Origin: Marsupella aquatica
Lineage: Eukaryota > Plantae > Marchantiophyta
Assembly: GCA_973895155.1 (NCBI GenBank)
Contig: OZ316898.1
Location: 9,349,079 to 9,413,078 of the forward strand
DNA length: 64,000 bases
Direction of reading: 5' to 3'
In this document: positions 35,931-50,600 of the stretch, in pieces
How the letters are laid out: each line of letters opens with the position of its first letter
Numbering within the stretch: the first letter of the stretch is position 1
Translations under genes and position numbers: made by a program
The notes under the pieces: generated by a model
What the model was told of the DNA's origin: nothing
What the model saw: the letters and a program-made list of their open reading frames with translations, nothing else
The model's database searches: none

Positions 35931-37070
35931 AATACACACAGGAAAAAATATCAGGTAAATATCCAAGCAAGGCAAACTATTCTTGGTTCCTAAATTTCCT
36001 GTACATTTTGTTTCATGGTTCAAAATTGATTGATAACTTGTATCTACGATCAAGACTTCCTGGTCATCTTTGTAGCATCTACACTAGGTAGGACTGGAAA
36101 GTCGACATACAAAGTTTCTAGGGCTGTGTTCCATTCACCCTCTTTTATGGCCTGCCCTTGTTGTGTGACCCTCTCCAAGATTGTCGGAGTGAATGACAGA
36201 CATTTGTGGTTTTGGGGGTCACCGCATGTTAAATCTACGTCAAGTTAATGCGGTCATTATACCAGAACATAAACCAATACACTATATTTATTATCTACAA
36301 ACCAAGTGATTTCAACAACATGTGTCTTGATTTATGTTCTGGTTGTACGGTTGACGTAGATTTAATGCGCGGTTGGGGGTCGCCTTTGAATATATGGCCA
36401 AAATGGGAAGGCAGCGAGGCCCTTCCGCTTTGCAGTTCCACCCTTTGTGTGACCGGTGAAGTCGAAGGGTCTCTAATCATTTGCACTACGGCTCAACAAG
36501 TGCAGCAACAGAGCAGTTACGGTATTCACGAAAGAAAGCAGCACGAGGCGGATGAGGATGAGAATGTCGCACAATTGAGATCAACAACAATGCCAACAAA
36601 TTGCTCAGGAACTACCAAAACCCAAGGTGTGTGTGGTGAGGGGGACGAAGAGCAATGTTGAGAAGAACAGCAAAGTGCAATGTCGAGAAAAGTGAGAAGT
36701 TGACGGTGACTCCAGGTCACCGTCGTATCGAGCCGGTGGACCGTCACCGCTTTAAACAAACGTTTTGGGGGTGAGGAGTGCGATGGAACCCCGGCGGCTA
36801 AAAACGGTGGGATCACCGAGCAGGGGGCGGGCGGAAGGGGGTATCGTGCGCCCGAGGGCGAATGGAACACATCCCTAATAAAATTCCCCAACTTGAAACT
36901 TGACTCGTTGTGTGTTTCATAGAAAGTCATCTTTCTACGGTGGGTTCTTAACTGGGTGTTTTAACATGTGCAGGCGGGATTCATCTGCTCTTCTCAGCCA
37001 GCACAGTGCTGGCAATTGGCCCATTTGTTGGTCTGCTGGCAATCGGAGCACCTGAATAAAGAATTGTACA

Positions 37071-40000
37071 ATGGGTACCGTTAGAGATGAGAAGCGTGAC
37101 GAGGAGAGTATGAGTGATGTGGAGCAGGAGGTTTCCAAGGAAGATGAGGAAACTGACGACGATGATGACAATGATGATGACGATGATGACTACTCGATTG
37201 AGTCAAATGACAATGGGCACAGTGAGGATGACAATCAAGACATTGCAAAAGCAACAGAGCCAAGAGTACTCCGAAGGGCTCCTTCGAGAAAGTTTCAGGA
37301 TGATAGTGCTGGAGATAAAGTCGATCAGGGCAATATGGTGATGTCTGAAGCTGATAGAGTAGCCGTGGGCCCGGGACATGGGGACGTGATGCCTGGAAGA
37401 ATGAAACGACAGCGTCTGCATGGTAAAAGAGATGGTCAACGACCTCAGACATGGGATGATCTTTTCAAGATGCACAGTGAAGATTGGAATGAGGATTCTG
37501 AAGATGATGACTGGTGTCCGATAGGAGCGATCAAAATGCCCTTGCTTTGGTTTTGTACAAACTGCACCATGCCAAATTCTGAGAAGCTATCTTTGTGTGG
37601 GGTATGTCTATGTTTTATCTAGACTTGCAAATTACTTCAAATGCCACAGAATAGGTTGACTCTACCTGTGATCCTGACTAGGCCAGTGATCACTCGTATG
37701 GTTTTGCTACTCGCTGCATATATGTCAGGTCGCTGCCCATGCCCATTCTTGCAGTATTGTTGGAAAACCTAAATTGTTATGATCTCATTCTTATTAGAAG
37801 AAGTATGCCACCGCGTTAAATAGTTTTCTTTCTGTCTGTGGGTTTGGATCTCTAAATTGTTCTGGAATGGATCTTGCAGGATAGTTCAGCTCGTTGTTTT
37901 GTTCTGTAATCTTTTCGTTCTTCCATCGTATGTTTTGTGCATGCATTTTTTTGCAGTATTTGTTATGGGTTTGTTGCGAGGGTGCTTGTCCTCACCTCTA
38001 TTTTTTCTTTCTCACAGAAGTGCGGAGAGAACCGCAAATCAGGCATTTTGACTGAAGGGCATCTTGCATCAGCAACCGCGCCTCTCCAGTCACCATCAGT
38101 ATCTGATGTTAAGGCAAACACAATTTCCCCCAGCAAAGGTGCGCAAAGAGGTCAGGGTCGTACGTAGTAGTTGATTTAGTCGTCTTATGGAGGAACTGCT
38201 TTGCAATAAAGTATCTTTGTAATTGTGTCGGAAAAGGTGCTCAAATTTGATAAGCACTGAGCGGTAAATGCAAATTATGTACTGTGCATTGATACCCTTT
38301 TGTTTATTCAGATGCTTCCTCTCGAATATTTCCAGTCGGTCCGACGACAGAATGGGGAAAAACTGTGTTTGGTTTTGATGAGAGAATGCTCTTACATGAC
38401 GAGGTGAATTATTGTACACAGCTCTCTTATTACGAGTATTGACTTTGGTGTATTTGAAGTCGATTCCTCAATTTTTGGGAGTAAATGTTGAACTTTCCTT
38501 AACTGGCAATCATGTTGTTTCATCATGAGCAGAACCCCAAGTCGCATCCTCATCCAGAACGTCCAGATCGCTTGCGTGCGATATTGGCAGGGTTGGCAGC
38601 TGAAGGTATGATAGCCAAAACATCCATGAGATTTTGTTGAAGCGTTCTGTTCACACTTTCTGAGCGATTTGACAGTATTGGCATTGGTTAGAGAGTACTG
38701 AGAATTTTGTTCTAGATCAATGTACTTCTGCAAGGAACAGCAGGTGTGGTAACAATGAAGTCGGAGATTGAATAGTGTACACGTGAAGGAATTCTTGTGG
38801 CATGACAATTTACAATTTTAGCACGCTGCTTTTACCTTCTTTAAAGTCTTGCAGCGAAATACGACACCCTTTGCTTTTTCTCTGAGGGGGTATATCAGGC
38901 ATGCCTAGTTTCCAGCTTAACTTATGCTGAAGTAATTTTCGAGACGGCGCGTTTCAGGTTTATTTCCAGGCCGTTGTGTTCAACGACCAGTTAGGGAAGC
39001 CACTCGCTTGGAATTGGAGCAGGTATTAGTTTGGCTATTAAATGAAGTTTATGACGTAAAACGGTGCTCTGATTTATAAGCAGCACGACCTTACATTGCA
39101 CTTTTCCTTTTAAGGAGTTCTATTATTTCTCTACCTTTTGGCTACTTTATATTCCTCCTTCACAAAATCAATCCAGACTGCTTTCCTAAGTGTTAGAAAC
39201 TGGAGAGATATTCTGCACTATTTACCTAACCAGAAACGCTTCCTGTGCATTTGCTTTCTTGACATCGTTGCCTGTCATTATTATTTAAGTACTCTACCCT
39301 TCATAACAGGAAACATCTTATTGATTCTTTGGTCTACTATTGACGCTGTATGCACTCTTGCAGGTTCTCAAGTGAACTGTGGTTCTCCCTTTTTGCAATT
39401 CCAGGGTTTTTGACACAATCCTCTGACGTTTGCAGGTGCATAGTCGAGAGCATGTCGATGCAGTTGAGGGGACTTGTAATGAAGAACTAAGGTATGCGCT
39501 GTCTTGTCTCTGATCCTTGAGAACATGATTACTTGTTGGAAACCCGTGGAGTTCTTTACATGATCAAAATAATGCACGTGAAGCACATCTGCTATCTCTC
39601 TAAGACTATAATCAAAAGGTGGCCACGAAAGGTGTTGGGATTTTCCTTCCCGATTGGAAGCATGGTTGCTTTTGCTTTAAGTTTCAATCTCTACAGTTTG
39701 ATATATTGTGGTTCTAACAATCTGTGATTCGAGCAGCTACTTCACAAGTGATACATATGCCAACAAGGACTCATCTCTTGCTGCTAGACTGGCTGCTGGA
39801 ATAAGTGCTGATCTTGCCACAGCAATTGTCAAAGGAGAAGCTCGAAATGGTTTTGCCTTGGTACGTAATTCCATCTCTATTGCCTTATTCAAGAGCCTTC
39901 TCCAAGTTCTTGACATCCATCCATGTGCAGGATTTTACTCTAAATATAGACACACAAGGATCAACAGTGGATGTCACATTTTCATTTTTAATGAGTTGGT

Positions 40001-43000
40001 GGAGTAGCCTCATGTTTTCATCTACGTGGCATATCATATCGGTGGTAGAATTCATATGTTTCGTCATTTTTAAAAATATATATGGGGAATTAGGGATTGC
40101 GTCCAGCTCTTGTCCAGTTAACCATACAAGCATAGAGTGTTTATTTGATCTTGGCCCGTGGCAGTAAGCTGAAACGTTCTTGTCTATATCGACCATGTTG
40201 AAATGTTTAAATTATATGTACATGATTCGTAGCTATGGTTTTTCTTGTAGGTGCGTCCGCCTGGGCATCATGCAGAGGAAGTGACTGTCATGGGCTTTTG
40301 CTTGCACAATAATGCTAGCGTTGCTGCAAAAGCAGCACAAGCAGCAGGTGCCCAAAAGGTTCTAATTGTGGATTGGGTAAGTTGTCATGACTTACTTCTA
40401 TTTCAGATAGGTCTGTCGGATCCCTTCTCCGGAGTATGTTTTCTTGGAGTATGCGCCACCTAGCCAGTAGAGACCTGCTATCTAGTTCTAGATTTGTGAG
40501 TCTGTTTCCTTGCAATCTTCTCTGTCGTGTATCAACTTGGATCCTGGGGTGTTGGTGCTGATTGTGTAGGATGTGCATCACGGTAATGGAACACAAGATA
40601 TATTTGAAGAAGATCCGTCGGTATGTTTTCTCTACCACGTTTTGAAGCTGTAACGTTTCGTTGTCTCCTGGCAAAAGTTATGGTGCAGTTTTCAGATGAG
40701 ATGGACAAAAGTCATGGGATTACTGAGTTTTTCATTATATCACGCAGGTTCTTTATATATCCTTGCATAGACACGAGGGGGGCACATTCTACCCTGGAAC
40801 TGGAGCTGCAGATGAGGTATGCTGATCTAAGCCCTGTAGTCATAAATCTTGCAAAGGATGTTAAGGGCTATTGTTGAGTTTGGTATCAACGTAAGGGAAC
40901 CACGATCTTCCAGATCGAGCTCCTTAGGTGACCATGTACACTCTCGCAGTATTATTTTTTTGTTGTCATTGTCTTTATATATTGGGATAGCTCAGGATGA
41001 TGTGTTCAATACGATATCTGAGGCTGTTAGACGTTTCTGAAGATACCAGTCAGAACCTAAGAAGCTGCTTTGCAGAGATGGGGAATGCATTTATTGATCC
41101 GTATGGTTCACTGACAGGTTGGCAGTGAAAAAGGTGAAGGGTCGTCAGTAAACATTCCATGGATATGCAGTGGAATTGGTGACAACGACTACATTTATGC
41201 TTTCTTGCATATTGTTCTTCCTATAGGTAAGATATTGTCGTCAATCAATTACTTTCATGCTGTGTTGAAAGTCTCCTGGTCTAACTTTGATCCTGAACCT
41301 GATATCCTTGGAAATTAAGGCACGTCTTCTGAGGAATTAACATTGCTTCCTGAAATTTGATTTTTTGGTCCACCTAAACTCCGCCTGGTGATGTCTGCAG
41401 CCAAACAATTTGCTCCAGATATAACTATAATCTCAGCTGGATTTGATGCAGCAAGAGGGGACCCACTTGGTGGTTGTGAGGTTTGCTTTCCACTCTTCTG
41501 TTAGTCTTCCATCGATCTCTTTGCCCTATCAGTGTCCTTGGACAAAGATTTGATTTTTCCTTGAGCACTTAGCAGCATCGTATAGCTGGTCATGTATTGG
41601 TGATTGTGTTTACAAGACGTCCATCAGGTCCTGTGGTTGCAATATTCACACGTCACTTGCCTTAGGAACGTACTTTGCAAGAGCCAGATCGATCTGGTAA
41701 AATTGAGTTACCTTTACAGAAAGCTTCTATGTACATTTCCGATATCTGAGAGCCTTTGTTGTCCTATCCTCCAGTAACATGCGTAATGTTTGATACCGAG
41801 TTTGACGTATTCTTGAGTAAACGAAATGATTTAGTGTATTGCGAATGATTAGATTTGATGACATCTTGCGCTGATTCAAAATAATTTTCAGGTTACTCCT
41901 TCTGGATATGCTTACATGACATCAATGCTTAATTCCTTATCTGGAGGAAAGATGTTAGTCGTTCTCGAGGGGGGGTGAGTATTCCAAAGCTGAAGCTCAG
42001 GAGGTTGCCCATGGCTGTAACCTGGCATGGTTCTTACTGGGTCCATTTACTTCACAGGAGATCCATATTGTTCGTTTAGGTCAGATGTGCAATGATTATT
42101 TATGGCCATTTATTATCCTACATTTGGACTGGCAGGTATAACCTGCGCTCTATTTCAGCATCGGCATCGGCTGTAATAAAGGTATGTATATCCTCAACAT
42201 AAATACTATACATCAGAATGGAGTGGTAGCTCCAGAATAGGTACATTGGATACAGCATCTGCACGCTGGAGGTTGTAAGGCACGGTTGTTTGACCGAGTT
42301 TGTTGTCGGTTGTGTTACGCCTCTCCGTCGGTGACAAAGTACTGAATCTGCATTGTGGGACGCATGCAGGTTCTTCTTGGAGATAGTCCAGGACCTCCTG
42401 TGGACGATGTACAACCAACAGAAGCTGGAGCAATATCTATGCTCAATGTCTTCTCACATCAATCTCGATATTGGCCTGTTCTTCAAATGCCTGAATTTTT
42501 GCAACGAATTTCAAGCTTGGCTTCATCCAACAGCAACAAGAAAGGTGAGCAATTTGGCTTGTTGAACGCTCTATCTTGGATGCTGGACGTTCATGTACTG
42601 GCAAGTCACTTCAAAATAGGATCTGTTTGTGTATCTGCATTGGCATTTGCGCGTTACATTCCACTAGTTGCACAATTGTCAAGGTGTGTTTTTAAAGTAA
42701 AATCAAACTTGTTTTCGTAATTTTATCGAAGAATCATATAACTGACTTGTCGTTATTGGTAGGCCAAGTTTAGAGTATATGGTGAAATACATGTAATTTA
42801 TGTCATAGCACTCTTTGAATAGCCTCCACGTGAAGCAAATGTGCTGGGAGTTTTTGTTAGCGTTAGACGAGCCTCACGGCCTCGAAATTATATAGTTGAG
42901 GTCACTGAACAGACAGGGGAGGAAAACTATGAGCGTAATATAAGGGATTCCGTTTGATGTCCCATTCTCCTCTATCGTCTGGGTGTGGTCTCTCATTGCT

Positions 43001-43187
43001 GTCACAATTATGAGCCGGATGATTTCCACATAAATAATATAGCTTAACGCTGTCTTCTGTGCTTCCTCTTCCCACACTTGATGGATACCATCATCACACT
43101 GCAGAGCTTCTCTTAGGTGAGCTGGATCAGCAATTGGCGTCTTCATCATCTTTACAACTTGGACAGCCAATTGGATCACCTGCATGA
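37071..43187 (+). CDS. HDA15: Class II (RPD3/HDA1 family) histone deacetylase, HDA15-like, with an N-terminal RanBP2-type zinc finger; many exons
   Basis: Acidic N-terminus, then [10 protein letters not shown]...CG|KCGE zinc finger split by an intron. Catalytic motifs HPERPDR, RPPGHHA, GFC, DW|[31 protein letters not shown] and LEGG|Y. Probable last exon 43105-43187. Confidence 0.93.
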
Positions 43188-43264
43188 CTTGGTTGATAGG
43201 AGATAAACCAAAGGAAGAGCTGTGAAGGTGCCTATGGCATTCAACCTCTGTAACCGAGGGGGCA

Positions 43265-43485
43265 ACTGGCCGTTTTTGTTAAAGGGAGTGAATGTCTGGC
43301 TTCATGAGCACAAATTGTGTTGAATCCCTTGCCACACCACTGGAAAGAGGAGCTCCTTGTCCAGGTCACTGTGTGAAGGTAATTGGTAGCGCTTTGGCTA
43401 CCACACATTTACTAGCATCACGGGTGGGTGGTCCCCAGCATTGCTACTTGTTGGAGGGCAGTTTTTTAGCTTAAAAAAATAAAAG
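43265..43485 (+). mobile_element. Possible SINE-like insertion in the HDA15 3' region
   Basis: B-box-like GTTGAATCCC followed by ...CACACCA, and an A-rich tail TAAAAAAATAAAA at about 43472. Confidence 0.2.
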
Positions 43486-46400
43486 GACTCCACTACACTT
43501 TCACTATGATCTGTAGAATTATGGAGCCTTCTGTAACTTTAGATGTATCTGTAACTAATCCGTATTGGTAAATGAGATTCTTCTCATAAGTTTGGGGAAA
43601 GTAACAAAAATCGATAGGTATTGTGCAGAGAACATGGCTGATTCTTGATCCTCTCCTCCTTTTGGCCCGTAGAGTATGTAATCTGCATGCATTATGCGTT
43701 TTATAGTGCATAATACTCATACTGTTGAGTAAGTGTTGATTATGGGTGTGCTGTCATGTTTATGATCGGCCTTGTAAGCCCTCATTCACTTCAGTTACCT
43801 TGTCCAACTCCCAGAAGGTTTTGGACCATAGAATTACATCGACACCATTGTCTGGCTTGGTCTCTAGAACAACAGCACTGTTTGTGGACTTGTCCCGCAT
43901 GTGAGACTCATTATAGCAAAAGTAGTAAAGGGAATCCCGACCCTGTCAATAGTGTCAGCTCAGTACGCTTTCAGTCCAATTGCAAGAAAACTTGCACATA
44001 GGCGTACTGAAGTGCAGTGGAGAGACATAGTCGGTTACCAGCAGTCGGTTACCTGGCTGGATCGATTGAACATTCTACATACTGCCTTGTCAAGGTGGGG
44101 GTTCATTTTCCGTGCTGGCACGGTGGATGGTGAGGGTTTCGTAGTCTCGCCGAACCCCATCATTCGCCCTTACTATCTGTCTAGGGAAAGGTGCTCTCTG
44201 ATTCTTGCGAAAGCTCAAATGAGCCGTTCCCTGTTGTGAGTGAGTAGAACCTGGTGAACTGTGGGTGCTGAAATGTTCATATTTGGAATCAGCCTCAATC
44301 TCTCGTCAAAGCGGCGGTTCTAGCTAAAAAACCAGAAACAAGCTTGGAGTCACAGCTCATAGTGGAGAGTAACTCTTGTGCCAGGGACGTGCCTGAAAAG
44401 GCGTTGCTACCACGGAGGACCAGTGTGGTGGAAGTGGGGCAGAAGAAGAGTGATCTATCACCTATGGTGTGTAGCAGGGTCTCGCAAGAACAAATGGTCA
44501 GTTTTGTCTCCTTCCTCGTCTCACATCTCAGGTCCGGCTGTAGGTATTGAAAATGTACTCTCGTCTGCAAATGTTCTTTTTGTGCTGCTTGATTTCACTC
44601 CATGTTGCTTTCCTATTGTCTTTTACTTGTCTCTGTGTCTTGTCGACATTTACCTTTATGTGCTCTTCTCTAGTCTAGTTCTCACATTTAGTAACAGTGT
44701 GAGTGGTTTGTTGCTTGACAGGAGTTCCAGACATGGTGGGTCCTGTGAGAAACATTTATAGCATACCTCCAATATGCTGACTGCCAATATTCAGTTGTTG
44801 TCTTAACATCAAAGCGAGAAAGCAGCAGAGAAATGAATTCACAGATGATTGAGAGAAATGCGGGCAGGCTAAGAAAGAATCCGCTTGATATTTCTTCCAA
44901 GGACTCAGGTGAAAAAGGGACTTTCGGTCGTTAATTCTGCTTTTACATCTATGCCATTAATATCTGCAGAAGACATATCTGGAACGTCATTTTGGAAATC
45001 GTTTGCCTTATAGTCCACCCACTGTCCACTGTAAGAACTCAATTTGTTGCTCCAGAGAGTGATAAGGGCGGGAAGCTAGTCTGTCATTCTCTCACATTTT
45101 CCTCGAACTGAAATCACCAATTCAACAATTCAAGAGATTGTTATTTTTGCTCCTTGTGAAACAGGTGTTCCTATTATTCGTTTGGAAGTGATCTGTACTG
45201 TTGAATGGGCCTTGCAAGGAACAAGATGGAAATGTTGTCTTGAAGTGGATTTACTGACGATCTTAGGCACAAAGTGACCTACCAATTGGTAATCTGGTTT
45301 GATACCTTACCTACCAATGGAAAAATCTCTTTTAAGGTTTGTGGCCTTGGCTGCGGTCAAGTTAGGGGAGCGCACCCAGTAGGTTCGTTGAGAGTCTGCT
45401 GGACAGATCCTTCCTCAGAGCAGTTTCATGGAAATGGGCACACTTCGATATCCCCAGCAATCCTAAGCCATCCGCCGTGTTTCTACAGAGATGTGTAACG
45501 ATTAGTGCCTTAGATGAGGAGGGACCCTCAAAACCAGCCTGAGAGCAGCGAATTCTGGGACAAATGGAGAACAGAATGAGAACCAGCCTTGCAAGCATTG
45601 TGCAAGTTCCATCGGGTATATCATCATTTTTACTGTCACAAACTAAGAATCCGACTCGAAGGCTTCGAAGCTACCCAATTAACAAAATCATAGCAACCTG
45701 CTAAGACTACTACCAATATGGATTGCAAAGGGCGACTTAGACTTTAGACTGCGGAGTCACAATGTGTTAACATTGAACACAAATCATGTGTTGCCTTGGA
45801 AATTAATCCTAGGCCTGAGTGTGTTTAGTTGCAAGTCAAAGACCTCATTTGGACCATGCCATCCGGAGATGGTCACGTCTTCTGGCTGTTTCCTTGCAAG
45901 CAGTCTCCTGTTGATTGGGAGCTCAAATGACTGCAATCAACTGTTTATTCATTAGACATGAGGGCTGTGTCCCTTCTTCCCAACCTGTGTCATCCTACAC
46001 TCAAATGCAAGAAAGCTGATGCCTTCCAAGCAACTCTCCTACAGGTTGGGAGTTCAAATGACCCGTGTGGTCATTACATCAGCGTCTTTAACTCCACGAG
46101 ACGTGGAGGTCTATGTTTCCTTCTTCCCAACGTCATCCAAAACGCCCAAATGAAACCATGCACAACGTGTAAGTCCTGATAAATGCAGTGACCCATGCTT
46201 ACAAGAATCATACATGGTCTGTTGGCTTGTGCATTGCCTAGCAAGGTATGGCCTTATTATGAAGAAATTGACTATCTTCCATCAAAATTTTGAATGTTTG
46301 TCTGGGCAAAGCCAGGTGGACAGAAACCCACTTTTGTCATTCTGTACAGAGTGAGTACCAATCACAATAAGTTACCCCAATTTAGGACAGATATAGAATC

Positions 46401-47609
46401 ACCTCAAATGGTTGCAACCACCTCTCTCTCTCACTTCTTGATAGATAGAAACATCACTTGATTGCCTTGTTTTGTCAAGAGAAGCCATAGGCAAGCAAGG
46501 AGACTCCCAATAGGCCTAAAACTGTAGAATGTCCAATATAAAAGTAATTAACTTGAACATTGGTATTAAGAGATTTTGGAAAATGAGCATTATATATATC
46601 TTTCAATCATGTTTCAAAAGTCTGAAATTGGTGATAACGCTTTTACTTAATCTTGCATTGTAGATTTTATCTTTATTCTTCAAGATATGGTCGAAACTAA
46701 TCAAACTGAGTTACAATGAATGAGTAATTTTCAAAACTAGACATTTGTAACACTTCTAGGATAATCCAAACAAATAATATAGAACAAGTATTACATTTGA
46801 AACAAGAAGTACTGCAATGGTGGATGTAATAATGATTTCAAGAAGAGTGGTGCCCTCCCTAATTGCAACTCCTCAATTAGCCAGAACTTCAGTCTTCAAG
46901 CAGTCTAAATTAACTTAAAACTGCAGTTATAACCAAGTTCAAGTTGAAGGGTTTCCTACAGTAATTGATAAGTGTGACGTGGGACTTTTTGTGCACTGAA
47001 TGATAAGGAAACCTAGGATTAGCACACGGTTTAATCACGCAAACATGCAAAGCTCATTCAGGTTGCTATCTTTAGTGACATGGGCCAACCCCCAACAGTG
47101 ATTTAGGCGACTGTTCCTGGGAAACTCATTTTCAAGCTCATCTTGGATTCCACTTCTCAGAAGCTGTTCATTGCCCATTTGTGTCAAGGTGTAGGTGTTG
47201 CTAGTGAGGAACATAATAATACCTTCCAAATGCTTGAAGTATTAAGCTTTTCTTGTGCAAAGGCCCCGGCAAAGGCAAGTTGGGGAAAATCACTTTGGAG
47301 TGGGTGTTGTGACGATGAAACCCTTTTTGCTATTGCTGGAATAGGCTAGTTTGGGCAGACCACAGATGCTTGAATTTCATAAATTCTCCACATATGATGT
47401 AGTGACGACAACCTACCTGAAGAATTCACATTCAGCAAGATAAACGGCATTGGGTCCGCATTGGGTTTCCAGGAAGGCTCGAGCCTGTTCATTCTAATGC
47501 TTGATTGTTTTAACTTATTCAAAAATCCAGAATCAACTATGACTAAAGGAGTGGCACAAGACCCACTATATGTACAGTCTTGTGCAAGTTCTGTAGGTCT
47601 ACAATTTAA

Positions 47610-50600
47610 TATATATTTTTTTCCTGAAAGGAATATGTAGAGGACAAGTAAAACCCATTAAAAAAGGGAGTGAAACGGCCAGACCACATGCAGTCAGGGG
47701 CCAAATGTCACCCAAAGTCCAGACACATCCAGACAAGGGGACAGGGGTAAAAACAGGAGAGATATGCTTAGTAGACCCCCTTCTGGAAAAAGTTTGCTTG
47801 ATTGATCAACCCCCTCCATACTTTTCCCCAATCTGGACCGTTGATGGACCTTTCGACCTCAGATCTGGACCGTTGATAGACCTCAGGGGGTTGATCAAGT
47901 AACAAGTTTCATTTTGGGGGTCGATCAAGCAAATACTTCGTAAAAACAGTAACAAGAGAAAAAGGTAACCAGAGGGCCACCCACTCAGAATCAACTACAT
48001 AAAGCAAATGAGAGGGCCGATTCAGCCCATCAAAAACAGCAAAAGTACATCAAAGTGAAAGTACTGAACAGTTGTGCCCGGGGTGAAAATCCCAAAGGAC
48101 TAACCATTTCAAAGAACAAGACAAAAACAACTAAGCCTAAAACACCTGACAATCACAGGAAAATCAAAGTGAAGTCAGGTGAGACAAGAGAAGGAGCCTC
48201 AAGGTGGGTCAAAAATCCACCGAGGCCTGTAGTCAACAATTAAGATAGTGTCTGAGATCTGGTAAAGACCACCTTCATATCCAAAGTCTCTTCTAAATAG
48301 ACCAATCAGCTCCTGGTGATTTCTACCAGAAAAAGACAGATGAGAATAAACTTGGAACCAAGTGAGTTTCAAGTATAATCTGATCTCCAACCAAATCTTC
48401 ATCTTAAGACCAATCAGAGAAATATGCACATTCTCCTTCTCCAAAGTGCAGCGATGTTTCCAAATCTGCCAATAGCCACCCCTCTCAAGATTTGCCACAG
48501 TTTGAGGGGAAGATTCTTAATACAATCTGGAAATGGAGCTCCAAAAAAAAGCCTGAACTGCATCAAAATTAAAGTAACTGGAAGCAGACTTTGAACCAGC
48601 AAATATCAAAAGCTTACGAATCCAAAGCCAGATCTCCTATGATTCTGGACATAGCCAGAGTGGATCAAATATTCATGGGCCCCAATGTCACATCTCTTAC
48701 ATCACCATAGCTCATCAAAACCTGAAAAGGGAATAATACAGCCCTGCTCATATAACCTTTTTGATCTTCTCCCAATGTAATTATTATGGGCAATAATCCA
48801 TAAGAAGTGATTGATTTTTTCCTCCCTGAAAGATTTCCAGATGTTACTCCATATCACTTTCTCCCTTGGAACATTTCTCAGTTCCATCCTCCACTTTGAA
48901 ATGCCAACAGGATTCACCTGTGACTGGTTATGGAGCATTCAACCAAGACTAGCTGTAGAAGCATGGAAGAAAGATTTCTCATCTTTCCAAAGAAACCGGT
49001 CAGAATTACTGAAATCAAAAAGCAAAGGAAGAACCAGGCCAACACCCATCATATGGGTTAGCCAATTCTTCATACGACCAGTGACCATCTTGAATAAGCA
49101 TGGGCCAGTAATTGGATGTGGAAACGTTTTCTGAAGAATGCCATTTTTAATCACAAAAGAGGTTTTGGGCTACACATGTATCTCATAAGACCCACCAGTT
49201 GTTGACAGCGCTGTTGGAAATACGAATTTCCTAGGCCCGACCTCCTTCCAGAATAGGGACATGTGATATGATCACCCTGATCTCAATGTGTGGAAAACCC
49301 AAAGAAGACGGGAGAATGAAATTGTCCCTTAGCGCCTGGAAGGATTGCCTATGCCTGAGCATAGCACTGCCCCCCAAAGAATCCCAAGATGGAGGCACCA
49401 GATTGTGGTCATACATATCTCCCCAGCATTTCCAAACCCAAGTTCCGTAAGAAACGACAAGGACCAGTGTTACACCCCACCAAATGTAAATCCTGATGAT
49501 TGGTTGACGTAGGCTGAGCCAATACTGATAGAGGCAGTATTAATAGGGCTAGAGAAAATTAAAAGAGCTTTTAACTTATTCCAGGAACAACAGATAGACC
49601 TCCATATAGCAGACCCCTCAGACGGAAGAGTGAGGCATTTGTTGAAGACCCATACATAATCTTCAGTACCCCATTTGTGTGCCGACAGCTTTGTGATCTT
49701 GAGTCTCAGCAGTACCTGCAAAGGGTGCGACCCATCTATCATCGCAAACTGAATGAATCTGGCAGCCAAGGCTAATACCTGATCTTCAAAAGATATAAGG
49801 CCCACACCACCTTCGGATTATTAGGGAGCGAGAGAATATTGAAGTTAATTCTATGCCTGGCTGAAATCTCTTGACCTGCCCATAGGAATTCAATTAAGAC
49901 CATCTTAATCACATGCAGATCTGCATCGGAACCTCCCCACAATGTAAGAATATACCAAAGTGATCCCATTAATTGATCACCAGGACTCTCGCCATGAAGG
50001 AGTGAGGTCATTTTTTGACCTGGGATAATTTCTTATCCAGCAGACCTCTGATTTGAGTTAGGATACCATTCAAATCAATGCCGTCAGCTCCAAAGATAAA
50101 GCCTAACAATTTAGAATAATTGTCATTCGCTTCCCAATTCCAACCCAAGGTCACCTGATCTCCAGGTAAAGGGTCGTTGCTGATCAAAAGAGCATTTGTA
50201 GAATTCCAATCCCATTTCAGCACCGAAGCCGTAGCAAACAGCTCAAAGAATTGCTGACAATTGATGATATTATGCAAATCGCCTTTCAAAATAACTGTGG
50301 TATTATCAGCATGGATTTCAAAATTGATGAGCAAGATGGAGACCCGCTTCTTCAACTCTTACACCTTCCAGACCTCCGTTGGAGAGTTGCTCAGTTAAAA
50401 ACCTATCAAGCCCTTGAATATATAATGAAAAAAGAGCGGAGAAATAGGACAGCCTTGGCGTACTGAACGGGTGATGTTAAAAGCTGAGGTAACAACCCTA
50501 CCATTTAACATAATGGCAGAAGAGGCATTGGTAGTAATTGCCTTAAAAAACATCGCCAATAAATCACCGAAACCCATCTTTTCCATCATACTTTCAATGA

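Noticed and set aside
44295-45600. Short ORFs downstream of HDA15
   Set aside because: No recognisable domain, and splice phases could not be joined convincingly.
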